Below are positions 7,165 to 14,769 of a stretch of DNA of 54,743 nucleotides, piece after piece; within the stretch, counting starts at the first letter, position 1, and each line of letters starts with the position of its first letter. The notes beneath the pieces were generated by a model that worked only from the letters and a program-made list of their open reading frames with translations, searched no databases and was not told the origin of the DNA. This DNA comes from a virus (taxonomy: Duplodnaviria > Caudoviricetes), in IMG/VR virus record IMGVR_UViG_3300032401_000014, positions 1-54,743 of that record; one strand, 5' to 3'. A program made the position numbers and the translations under genes.

Positions 7165-7978
7165 TTTTCCTCCCCTCGACCGCCTTGTCGATTGCCGCCT
7201 TGATCTTCTCATTGTCCCATTTACGATCTTTGCAAAATTGGAACGACGTGCTCTCATTGTAATTGAGAAGTTTAAACCCCTTCTGAATATACTCAGGCAA
7301 TTCTTTAAGCATCTTCTCGGCCTCGGCGAACTGTTTCTTTTTCTCTTCGTCTTCGATCTGGTTAGCGTCATTGTCCTCTCCGCTGACAACAATACCGAGA
7401 GCGTTCCTGATTGCATACCGTGACGCAAACGTCATGGCACTCGCCCATTTCTGCGGCTCGGTCATGAAGGCATCCTCCTGCACTCTGGCGGTAAAGGTAG
7501 ATTCTTCATAATGTCCCAGAATATGAGACACCTTCGCCACTACTTTCACTGCCGATGGCTCGTCAATAATGAGCGTGTCGAATTTATATAACAGGTCATG
7601 CTTCGACAAAAGTGGCTGAACGACCTTCATTATATCCTCGATCGCTGAAAACTTATATCGGGTTTTCGATTTGTCGTTTTTTTCAGGAACCCTTCTCCCT
7701 TTCGGAATGATCGGGCACTCTCCTTGAAACTTAGCCAATGCCGACCGATACGCTTGCTCAGCCTTCTCTTTCTGGAGCCGTTCTCTAAGATTGAATAAAC
7801 GCTCCAGTGTCTCCACGTTCCCGCCCTGCTTGATAGTCTCCATCATCATCTGCTCTGGAGTCACATCAACAGGAACCGAAACACTCCACTGGCCCGGAGC
7901 AACTGGATACTCAGGCTTGTGTACGATTCTTTTAACTGATTTTTTTTTATCTTTCACGTCTTGCCTCCTCTCTTTCAA
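7151..7978 (-). CDS. erf: ERF-family single-strand annealing protein
   Basis: YKFSAIEDI; PQKWASAMTFASRYAIRNALGIVVSGEDNDA. Confidence 0.85.
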   Translation of the reverse strand: MKERRQDVKDKKKSVKRIVHKPEYPVAPGQWSVSVPVDVTPEQMMMETIKQGGNVETLERLFNLRERLQKEKAEQAYRSALAKFQGECPIIPKGRRVPEKNDKSKTRYKFSAIEDIMKVVQPLLSKHDLLYKFDTLIIDEPSAVKVVAKVSHILGHYEESTFTARVQEDAFMTEPQKWASAMTFASRYAIRNALGIVVSGEDNDANQIEDEEKKKQFAEAEKMLKELPEYIQKGFKLLNYNESTSFQFCKDRKWDNEKIKAAIDKAVEGRKNVDF

Positions 7979-8306
7979 TATAAGAATCTGCTATGTCGCT
8001 CTGTCGCTGTGCTCTCATCTCTGAATAAACCCTGTCAGTCAGATCGGCATAGATTTTTTTAACTTTTTCTTCCGAGTATAGTTTCTCAATCGGGCTCCTT
8101 CCGTTTGCTATATTCACGAACAAACGGAACTCGCAATACTCGTCGTCACCAGGGTCATAATAAGCCGCATGGTCAGGGTTTCTGCACCACGGGGCCTGCC
8201 TCGCCGGAACGTAATTGTCCACGTCCGCCTCCAGCTCGATCTCGACTCCTGGCCTGATCTCATAATTCAACTCGATTGTGTTTCTTTTTTTTCTCATGGC
8301 GTACAT
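7947..8306 (-). CDS. Hypothetical protein
   Basis: ORF track. Confidence 0.65.
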   Translation of the reverse strand: MYAMRKKRNTIELNYEIRPGVEIELEADVDNYVPARQAPWCRNPDHAAYYDPGDDEYCEFRLFVNIANGRSPIEKLYSEEKVKKIYADLTDRVYSEMRAQRQSDIADSYIEREEARRER

Positions 8307-8412
8307 CCTCGCATTGAGAACATTTTTTTACTAAGGCCACGGGGCTATCGGTCTCGATCATAACATCGAACCCGCACCCCGGACACTGATACGATACCCT
8401 CGTCGTTTTCAT
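8260..8412 (-). CDS. Small zinc-ribbon protein (50 aa)
   Basis: Manual translation with CPGC...CSQC; GGAGG RBS. Confidence 0.6.
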   Translation of the reverse strand: MKTTRVSYQCPGCGFDVMIETDSPVALVKKCSQCEDVRHEKKKKHNRVEL

Positions 8413-8420
8413 ATCGCCTC

Positions 8421-8603
8421 CTATTCATCGTTACTTGATCTGAAATTAGTGTCCAAACAGATCGCACATCTTTTTTTATATCCCAGCACGACGGCAATAA
8501 TGCCCCAGCCGAGAGTACACGCCAACATGATAAGCGTTCCCACTCCGATGTGTCTTTTCGCCGCCACCTGCTGACCACAATTTAAACAAAATACAGTCGT
8601 CAT
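8421..8603 (-). CDS. Zinc-ribbon membrane protein (LITAF-like layout)
   Basis: CLNC-hydrophobic stretch-CAIC. Confidence 0.7.
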   Translation of the reverse strand: MTTVFCLNCGQQVAAKRHIGVGTLIMLACTLGWGIIAVVLGYKKRCAICLDTNFRSSNDE

Positions 8604-8673
8604 ATTCTACCTCCTGCCTTTCGGCTTGCCGCCCCCTGAGTACCAGATTGATCTCGCCGGGGCGACTCTCGCT

Positions 8674-9726
8674 CTATGCGGCCTTCGGAACTTCCTGAAG
8701 GACGCTCCACTCACTCGGAGACATCTCAATGATCTTGCCTCCGATCTTCTCGATCTCGAATCCCTGGTCTAAATCCATGTCCTTCGCCAGTGCTGTTATC
8801 CCGTTCAACAGACCATAGCGGCTGATATTTCCCTCGGCGACCATGTTCCCCAGTATCGCTTCGTTCTTGTCTTGAGCAATTCCGAACCGCCGTGTTACGT
8901 TTTCGATAACCTGATTGATTTTTGCGGGCTCAATCAGATCGCCGCTCGCCCTCTGAAGTTTCTCAAGCTGGACATTGAAGGCTTGCTCGGTGACTGCATC
9001 GGCAAGCAGGTCACGAATCCTGAGCCTGTACGACTCCAGTTCGGCCTTTATCGTGTCAGACCTGAATATATTATAATCATCTTCGAGGTCTCCGATCTTC
9101 CGGCCAGCGTGACGCTTCCTGAATATGCTCTCAGAAATAGCCCCGTTTTTGCAGATACACCGCCAGATCATTGACAGTATCTCGACAAAGGAGAGACCGA
9201 CTTCGCTGTTGGCAATCGTGATCGCCAGTTGAACAACGTCACCTTTCTTCACTTCGCCCTCGAACTTCTTAAAAATAATCTGAAGAAAAAGGCGACTCTG
9301 ACTCAGGCCCAGAGTCTTAAATTCGATCTTGTCGCCGTACTCTTGAAGCACTGGCAACAGAGCACTCAGTAAAAGATAATGGTCAACGGGCTTGAACGAA
9401 TCAGAAAGATACGCTCTCGCATTACCGTCGAGCGTCCTGACAAGGTGCTTCTCGTCTGACTGCCCCAACAGTGCGTTGACGTTGTACTCTCTCAGCCCCG
9501 GAACTGCCGCTATCCTATCGTAATAGGGTTTCGGTATCTGAAGTTTGCTTGCGAGCTGACTGTGGAAATGGTCGGTTGCGATATATGCTCCCTGCCAATC
9601 CTCAACGACGATCTTGTTCTCGACCAACTGCAATTTCTTATCGGGAACTATAAGGTCGTTTTTCTCGCCTTCTTGTCTCTCGATCTCTCCGGCTAACGCC
9701 GACAGGTTTGTATAGTTACTCTTCAT
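8674..9726 (-). CDS. DUF932/DUF945-like protein
   Basis: LVRTLDGNARAYLSD, ITIANSEVG, WRCICKNG, RKRHAG, YGLLNGIT. Confidence 0.8.
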   Translation of the reverse strand: MKSNYTNLSALAGEIERQEGEKNDLIVPDKKLQLVENKIVVEDWQGAYIATDHFHSQLASKLQIPKPYYDRIAAVPGLREYNVNALLGQSDEKHLVRTLDGNARAYLSDSFKPVDHYLLLSALLPVLQEYGDKIEFKTLGLSQSRLFLQIIFKKFEGEVKKGDVVQLAITIANSEVGLSFVEILSMIWRCICKNGAISESIFRKRHAGRKIGDLEDDYNIFRSDTIKAELESYRLRIRDLLADAVTEQAFNVQLEKLQRASGDLIEPAKINQVIENVTRRFGIAQDKNEAILGNMVAEGNISRYGLLNGITALAKDMDLDQGFEIEKIGGKIIEMSPSEWSVLQEVPKAA

Positions 9727-9830
9727 ATTGTACCTCCAGTCCTTTCGGACATTCGGCAGTGAGGGAGTCGGGCCCTCGACGAGCTATCATTCGCCGTAAC
9801 CGTACCCTGCCATGTGCCGGGTCAGCCCGG

Positions 9831-9977
9831 CTACTTGTAGAAATAAAATCCGTAGGTTTTGCGAAAGAAAAATACATACACTGCGAATAAACAAGGAACT
9901 CTCACGAATGGATTTCTTTCAAAATCTATTCCGAACTGGTTACTTCCCCACTTTGATGCTGAACATGATATTTTCAT
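9831..9977 (-). CDS. Small hypothetical early protein (48 aa)
   Basis: Manual translation; GGAGGTA RBS. Confidence 0.6.
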   Translation of the reverse strand: MKISCSASKWGSNQFGIDFERNPFVRVPCLFAVYVFFFRKTYGFYFYK

Positions 9978-10012
9978 TGCGTTACCTCCATAAATAGATT
10001 CAAGGTCGGGGC

Positions 10013-10228
10013 CTAAGCCCCCGCCTTCAAGCTATTTCGGTGTATCCTGTTCCAACGCTCGTTGACAAGCGTGTTGACTTCAGCGTCCCAGTCTCCTTTC
10101 AATATTTCATTGAAGGCGATACTGGATGCCTCAGTCGGAGTGAGCTTATAATCCGCAATCAGCTCGCTCATTCTCTTGCCGTGGATAAGCAGTCTGGCCT
10201 CAATAGCGATGTCATGTTTGCGTTGCAT
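10013..10228 (-). CDS. Hypothetical early protein
   Basis: ORF track; GGAGGTA RBS. Confidence 0.7.
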   Translation of the reverse strand: MQRKHDIAIEARLLIHGKRMSELIADYKLTPTEASSIAFNEILKGDWDAEVNTLVNERWNRIHRNSLKAGA

Positions 10229-10245
10229 ATCGTACCTCCGTCTGG

Positions 10246-10401
10246 CTAATCGTCCCAGCCTTCTCGCTCTGCCATTTCTTGCAGGTCTGCCGGGTCTATA
10301 CCGCCAGTAATTTTTAAAATCAATTCTCTCTGCTTTTTCTCTCTCTGATATTTTTCCACTTCGATGTCGTTAAGACGTTTTAGAGTTTCTAATCCGTACA
10401 T
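10246..10401 (-). CDS. Small hypothetical early protein (51 aa)
   Basis: Manual translation MYGLETLKRLND...; GGAGGTA RBS. Confidence 0.7.
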   Translation of the reverse strand: MYGLETLKRLNDIEVEKYQREKKQRELILKITGGIDPADLQEMAEREGWDD

Positions 10402-10598
10402 AATCTACCTCCAATAAAATAGATTCAGGGTAGAGGCCGGAGCCCCTGCCCTCAGTCTATTTATCCTCTGGCGACTTCATTCCCGTAGTAGTCACGCACG
10501 ACCCTTCCGGCCTTCGCTCACATCAGGTTTCAGTGGGGGGGCAGTGTCGCTCAATCTCTGGTATCGGTCTCTTGCTCTCCTGCTCTTACTGTACTACT

Positions 10599-10627
10599 AA
10601 TATACTGACATAGCAGGAGAGTGTCAA
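10599..10627 (-). promoter_or_regulatory. Early sigma70-type promoter
   Basis: TTGACA-17 nt-TATATT just downstream of the late terminator. Confidence 0.85.
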
Positions 10628-10648
10628 CTATTTATTCGCATATCATAG

Positions 10649-10688
10649 AAAAAAAGAGCCCCTGGCGAGGTATTTCACCAGAGGCTCT
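10649..10688 (-). terminator. Rho-independent terminator ending the late/lysis operon
   Basis: AGAGCCTCTGGTGA...TCGCCAGGGGCTCT followed by a T-tract. Confidence 0.85.
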
Positions 10689-10725
10689 ACAACAAAATTG
10701 GAGGTAGTAACGAGATGAATGTATA

Positions 10726-11229
10726 TCAAAAACTGATCTTGCCGCCTCCCAGTGCAATGATCTCAAGTCTCGACGGCCACTTTATAAAGCCAGGGCCGAG
10801 CTGTAATGCCGCAGGGCCGAATGAATATCCATACAAGCCCGCCGCCCCGTATCCAGGCTCGATCTTCTTCGTCAAGTTATCATACGCCACGCCGCCGATA
10901 CCGAGAAGCGACAGCTCGTGATGTCGCACCGGACACGTCACATCAACCTGCATCGTCCTGATCGCATACTTGTACGCATCAAAACAATGAACATCATATT
11001 GGAAACCATGCTGAGTTCCCATGATCGTCAGCGGTGCTTGTGCTCTGGCTTTCCAGTCAACAGTTTCGCCGGGCTTCGTCGGCTGATACGTTGTCGGAGA
11101 TGTCGGCTTGAGCCAGTGTACTTCAACGATCGGCTTTGCCTTGAAGTACCGATACGTCCCGTAGATGCCAGCACCGACCCCCACGACCAGGGCCACGGCG
11201 ATAGCGATGAGTAAAGTTTTCCACGTCAT
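10726..11229 (-). CDS. N-terminally membrane-anchored protein (spanin-like position)
   Basis: N-terminal TM segment, beta-rich C-terminus, last gene of the lysis region. Confidence 0.55.
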   Translation of the reverse strand: MTWKTLLIAIAVALVVGVGAGIYGTYRYFKAKPIVEVHWLKPTSPTTYQPTKPGETVDWKARAQAPLTIMGTQHGFQYDVHCFDAYKYAIRTMQVDVTCPVRHHELSLLGIGGVAYDNLTKKIEPGYGAAGLYGYSFGPAALQLGPGFIKWPSRLEIIALGGGKISF

Positions 11230-11444
11230 AATGTTGCCTCCCTTCCGAGATAGTCGCTCATCTTCCCGTCCTCGGTCAGCTTCTTTCTTTTACATACGCA
11301 AAGCACGGTATAGTCTGGAACATTTTTATTTTTCGGATTGTACCAGACGAAACAGTGCTTTCCGTTACGGCAATGGAACGCCTTTCGGAGTCTCCGCTGT
11401 TTTATCCACGTTAGAATGTCCAACGCCGTTACCGTTCTTATCAT
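11226..11444 (-). CDS. Hypothetical protein
   Basis: ORF track; overlaps upstream gene. Confidence 0.45.
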   Translation of the reverse strand: MIRTVTALDILTWIKQRRLRKAFHCRNGKHCFVWYNPKNKNVPDYTVLCVCKRKKLTEDGKMSDYLGREATL

Positions 11445-11727
11445 TGAAATAATTGTACGTTTTGAACACGCCTTCCCATACCGCTATAAAACTGAGCATC
11501 CCCAGGAACAATGTATCGCTGACAATTACATCTCCTTTCGGCGAGAGCTTCTCCATCCATGTCGCAACCGCCAGCAAAAGAAAGATATTTGACCAGAAGT
11601 GCGGAGCGTAAAATTTTCCGTTACGATAGGTGAGTGCTTTCCAAATCCTCAGCATCCTATGAGAAAAGCGGTCTTTTATCCGCAAAGGAACGGTAATAAA
11701 AACACTGTGGTCGTTATGTTTTCCCAT
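11365..11727 (-). CDS. Holin-like two-TM membrane protein
   Basis: Two hydrophobic segments, charged tail; start uncertain (11727 or 11655). Confidence 0.55.
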   Translation of the reverse strand: MGKHNDHSVFITVPLRIKDRFSHRMLRIWKALTYRNGKFYAPHFWSNIFLLLAVATWMEKLSPKGDVIVSDTLFLGMLSFIAVWEGVFKTYNYFNDKNGNGVGHSNVDKTAETPKGVPLP

Positions 11728-11975
11728 TAAACTGGAGGAACCACTGGCAACACTGCCTTTTTCAATTTGTCTGTGATGCTTCGCCACTTGATGACGATAC
11801 CCACTGCCGCACCGAGAACGAGACAATTAAACACTGTCGCCGCTATGAACATGCCGAGCTTCTGAACGACGACCTCGAACACGTAAATCGTGCAGGCAAT
11901 GTCCAGGCCGAGAGCCACGCAAAACACGGCCACGAATCCGGCGAGAAGTCCGACATCCAATTTGTTAATTCCCAT
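11727..11975 (-). CDS. Two-TM membrane protein (holin candidate)
   Basis: Hydrophobic; GGAGG RBS. Confidence 0.6.
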   Translation of the reverse strand: MGINKLDVGLLAGFVAVFCVALGLDIACTIYVFEVVVQKLGMFIAATVFNCLVLGAAVGIVIKWRSITDKLKKAVLPVVPPV

Positions 11976-11987
11976 AATAAACCTCCT

Positions 11988-12221
11988 TTATTTTTGTACT
12001 GAGCAGTTCATTGAGATTGTCCCTGCCGTATTGCTCCAGATGCGAGGCTGATACGGCCACCACCACGGCCTGTCATACGTCGGATACGCCACGGGAATGA
12101 TCTCTCTCTCCTTCCCGAAAATCTCTTTCAATTCGTAGAACAGTTCTCTCGCATCTTCAGACTTCAGGGTCACTTCCTTTCCGTTATCCATCTTAATTTT
12201 TACTTCTACATTGAGCTTCAT
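11988..12221 (-). CDS. Hypothetical protein
   Basis: Start refined to MKLNVEV after GGAGG. Confidence 0.65.
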   Translation of the reverse strand: MKLNVEVKIKMDNGKEVTLKSEDARELFYELKEIFGKEREIIPVAYPTYDRPWWWPYQPRIWSNTAGTISMNCSVQK

Positions 12222-12231
12222 GCGAACCTCC

Positions 12232-12369
12232 TTAGATGTCTTTACCATTGATAAAATATCGAACGATGTCAATAACTATTTTGGCCACACACCCGACAAA
12301 AATCAGAGCCGCCAGCACCAGTGTAATCACCGAAATGCCGAACAGCTCCAGCTTGTTAAACGAGTTCAT
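12232..12369 (-). CDS. Small single-TM protein (45 aa)
   Basis: Manual translation MNSFNKLELFGISVITLVLAALIFVG... Confidence 0.55.
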   Translation of the reverse strand: MNSFNKLELFGISVITLVLAALIFVGCVAKIVIDIVRYFINGKDI

Positions 12370-12958
12370 AATAGAGAGCACGGCAACACTCCGGATTCAT
12401 CGTAATAAATGGAATCAGCCACGGCAAAAAATACGGCACGTCCGCCCCGTCGTCGCTCACGTAACGAGTCCGAGCATTGCCAAAAGGGTCATTCATTATC
12501 AGGCTGTTCGATTCTGAATCAAAGTCCACGGCCAGCACGATGTGTCCGCCGGGAAGCCCGCCCATTTTATTCGTCTGAAGTATCACCGGGGCGTTCTTCA
12601 GAATCTCCGGCAGAGAACTGATCGGCAGTCCCCCGTCATTAAATACACACTGACCCCCGACTCCCTGTCGCCAGAGCCACTCTTCGATGCCAGCTTTCTG
12701 AACCAGCCACCAGTAGCTCGTGTCCCCTGTAATCCATTTGTATTTCTGCTTTATTTTTTCAGCGATGCCAGCAGTCCCGATAGAAGCCTCGACATCATCG
12801 AGGTATCGTGACAGCATTTCGTCATCAGAGCCTTCGATCTGATCGGTATAGTAACTCATGAGCATGAACGAGCAGGTCGAAAAACATTGATGAAAAGCCG
12901 GGAACTTCCCGGCAAAATCAATATTGTTTCGTTGACTGTTGTATGTTATCTGTCTCAT
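12356..12958 (-). CDS. C39-like (papain-fold) peptidase, probable endolysin
   Basis: YNSQRNN, QCFSTC, GHIVL, MNDPFG; start refined to MRQITY. Confidence 0.75.
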   Translation of the reverse strand: MRQITYNSQRNNIDFAGKFPAFHQCFSTCSFMLMSYYTDQIEGSDDEMLSRYLDDVEASIGTAGIAEKIKQKYKWITGDTSYWWLVQKAGIEEWLWRQGVGGQCVFNDGGLPISSLPEILKNAPVILQTNKMGGLPGGHIVLAVDFDSESNSLIMNDPFGNARTRYVSDDGADVPYFLPWLIPFITMNPECCRALYYELV

Positions 12959-13265
12959 CCAACCTCCCTGACATCTCCCATTTGAGCTTGTGAAGTTTGT
13001 ATAAAACATCCATTTGATGCCGTATAATTAAATTCTGTTGCCGTAGCTCATTCAAAAATTTCAGTTGCTCCTCATTTTTTTTTGCGTTTGCCTTTGCGAT
13101 CTCTTTCGTTTCATCGAGAGCGGCAGAAACAGACTTTCGCCACTCCTGAGTTGCGATCTGATCGTCTGACATTTTCATGAATCGAGCACCGAAAAACGTG
13201 ACTGCGGCCAGGGTCAGACTCATTAAAAAATACATAAAAATCGTGTGCTTACTCCCGTTGAGCAT
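12918..13265 (-). CDS. TM plus coiled-coil protein (holin/lysis accessory candidate)
   Basis: N-terminal TM then coiled coil, upstream of the endolysin. Confidence 0.55.
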   Translation of the reverse strand: MLNGSKHTIFMYFLMSLTLAAVTFFGARFMKMSDDQIATQEWRKSVSAALDETKEIAKANAKKNEEQLKFLNELRQQNLIIRHQMDVLYKLHKLKWEMSGRLDETDNIQQSTKQY

Positions 13266-13281
13266 CGTGTCACCCTTAGAT

Positions 13282-13316
13282 AAAAGATGAAGGGGAGCTT
13301 GTGCCCCCCTATCATC
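13282..13316 (-). terminator. Putative intrinsic terminator
   Basis: GATGATAGGGG...CCCCTTCATC-TTTT. Confidence 0.55.
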
Positions 13317-13325
13317 ATTTTGAGT

Positions 13326-13673
13326 TTAGATAACGCCTTGAACGCCTTCACCGTAGATCGTCAGTGAAGTCGCCGCTGAAGCACCCCCAACGAGATAGTC
13401 GGTCGAGATCATTCTGAGTGAGCAATAATAATCGAACGTACTGTATGATGCCACTGAATAAGCGTTGAACAATTCAGTACCAGCCGCATTACCGCCTGTC
13501 GCACCGAGCCAGAGCGAGAACGTCACCGCACCTGCGGTCTTGTTGACGACGTGAATGTGCTTAACAACGTCATAAATCGTTGCTGTACCGCCGTTGCCGC
13601 CCTGATAAATGTTCGTGGTCATAGTCGCTGACATAGCCACTGGCCCGAAACTTCTTACAACTTTGTCTGCCAT
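13326..13673 (-). CDS. Small beta-rich virion protein
   Basis: Gly/Thr/Ala-rich, in the fibre region. Confidence 0.6.
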   Translation of the reverse strand: MADKVVRSFGPVAMSATMTTNIYQGGNGGTATIYDVVKHIHVVNKTAGAVTFSLWLGATGGNAAGTELFNAYSVASYSTFDYYCSLRMISTDYLVGGASAATSLTIYGEGVQGVI

Positions 13674-13754
13674 AATCCTTCTCCTTAAAATAGTATAATA
13701 TTATTTGATTTCAATGTATCTCATTGAACTTAAATAATCAATAGAAAAATTCTC

Positions 13755-14267
13755 TTATCCATTTGCGAAAAACAGCCCTCCTCCTGCCGGAGTGTAATCA
13801 ACTACAACGTATAGCTGATAGCAATAAATCACCGACCACCACGGAGATTTGTTGGTATAATACACTGGGTGCATATATATTCCCGCCGTCAAGGAATCAA
13901 TGTCGCTCCACGTCCATGCGACACCTGAACTCGGATTTATATTCCATGTCGAATAGTACAAGGTATCAGTTACTGAGGTGCCTTGTTCTCCTGCCTGATT
14001 TGTGTTGCACCGCAATTTTATATATTCCCCAGAAACCCCAGCAACATGATTAGCCCGCGCATATACCTTTACGTTATTTATTGTTCCGACTTCCGTACCG
14101 TGGTCTTGCATCGTATAGTCATCATAGTAATAACCGCTTGGAGAGTAAACTCCATTCGTTTCATCGAGCGTGACTTCGTTGACATGCCCATAGTTATCTG
14201 TTCCAGCCCCGAACCCGACAAGACTTATAGAAGAATTACCGTTTGGTCTTAAAGTTAAAGTCGCCAT
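13755..14267 (-). CDS. Putative fibre-tip / receptor-binding protein
   Basis: Beta-rich, Tyr/Trp-rich, ends YVVVDYTPAGGGLFFANG. Confidence 0.5.
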   Translation of the reverse strand: MATLTLRPNGNSSISLVGFGAGTDNYGHVNEVTLDETNGVYSPSGYYYDDYTMQDHGTEVGTINNVKVYARANHVAGVSGEYIKLRCNTNQAGEQGTSVTDTLYYSTWNINPSSGVAWTWSDIDSLTAGIYMHPVYYTNKSPWWSVIYCYQLYVVVDYTPAGGGLFFANG

Positions 14268-14761
14268 TATTTTGTATGCCAGTCTATATCAAAATCAAAA
14301 ACACGTTTGTCAAAGTCGATAAAGTGCCAACCGTGCCCTTCGGGACAGCCACGATAAACTCCGCTGTTGGTTACGAAAGATGCCTTGTCCCCACTATATA
14401 TTTCCTTGTCCTTGTATCGCCACTTGTAAACCATACGATATATGCTTTCAGTCGTCATTTTATTATAAAAACAAGCGTGGTCTGCGTGTCTCAAGACGCA
14501 AGGAGGAGTCCCTTCGTATCCTTCGCAGAAATCGCAATCGCCTTCTATTTTTGATTTTGATTTCCATTCGTCATAGTTCGCAAGCTCGTTATTCGTTTCA
14601 AATTCCTCGAATGACTTAAAACCGAGAGCCGCCAGTCCGTCATACATCTCCTGCGTTGACTTGTCGTGGTCGTCATCTTTCTCGTTGTAAAGTTGTCGGT
14701 TGCGGTGCTTATCGACTATTACTCGACCCGCAAGCACTTTATCAACATCTTCTTTATCCAT
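14267..14761 (-). CDS. Cys-containing hypothetical protein
   Basis: CDFC...PPC...C...CP. Confidence 0.65.
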   Translation of the reverse strand: MDKEDVDKVLAGRVIVDKHRNRQLYNEKDDDHDKSTQEMYDGLAALGFKSFEEFETNNELANYDEWKSKSKIEGDCDFCEGYEGTPPCVLRHADHACFYNKMTTESIYRMVYKWRYKDKEIYSGDKASFVTNSGVYRGCPEGHGWHFIDFDKRVFDFDIDWHTK

Positions 14762-14769
14762 CGTCCCTC

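Noticed and set aside
9752-9812. Functional tRNA gene
   Set aside because: No D-arm, no TTC in the loop, too short; kept only as a tRNA-like finding
10480-10535. Hammerhead ribozyme in the early leader
   Set aside because: CTGATGTG lacks the CTGANGA core and there is no properly placed GAAA
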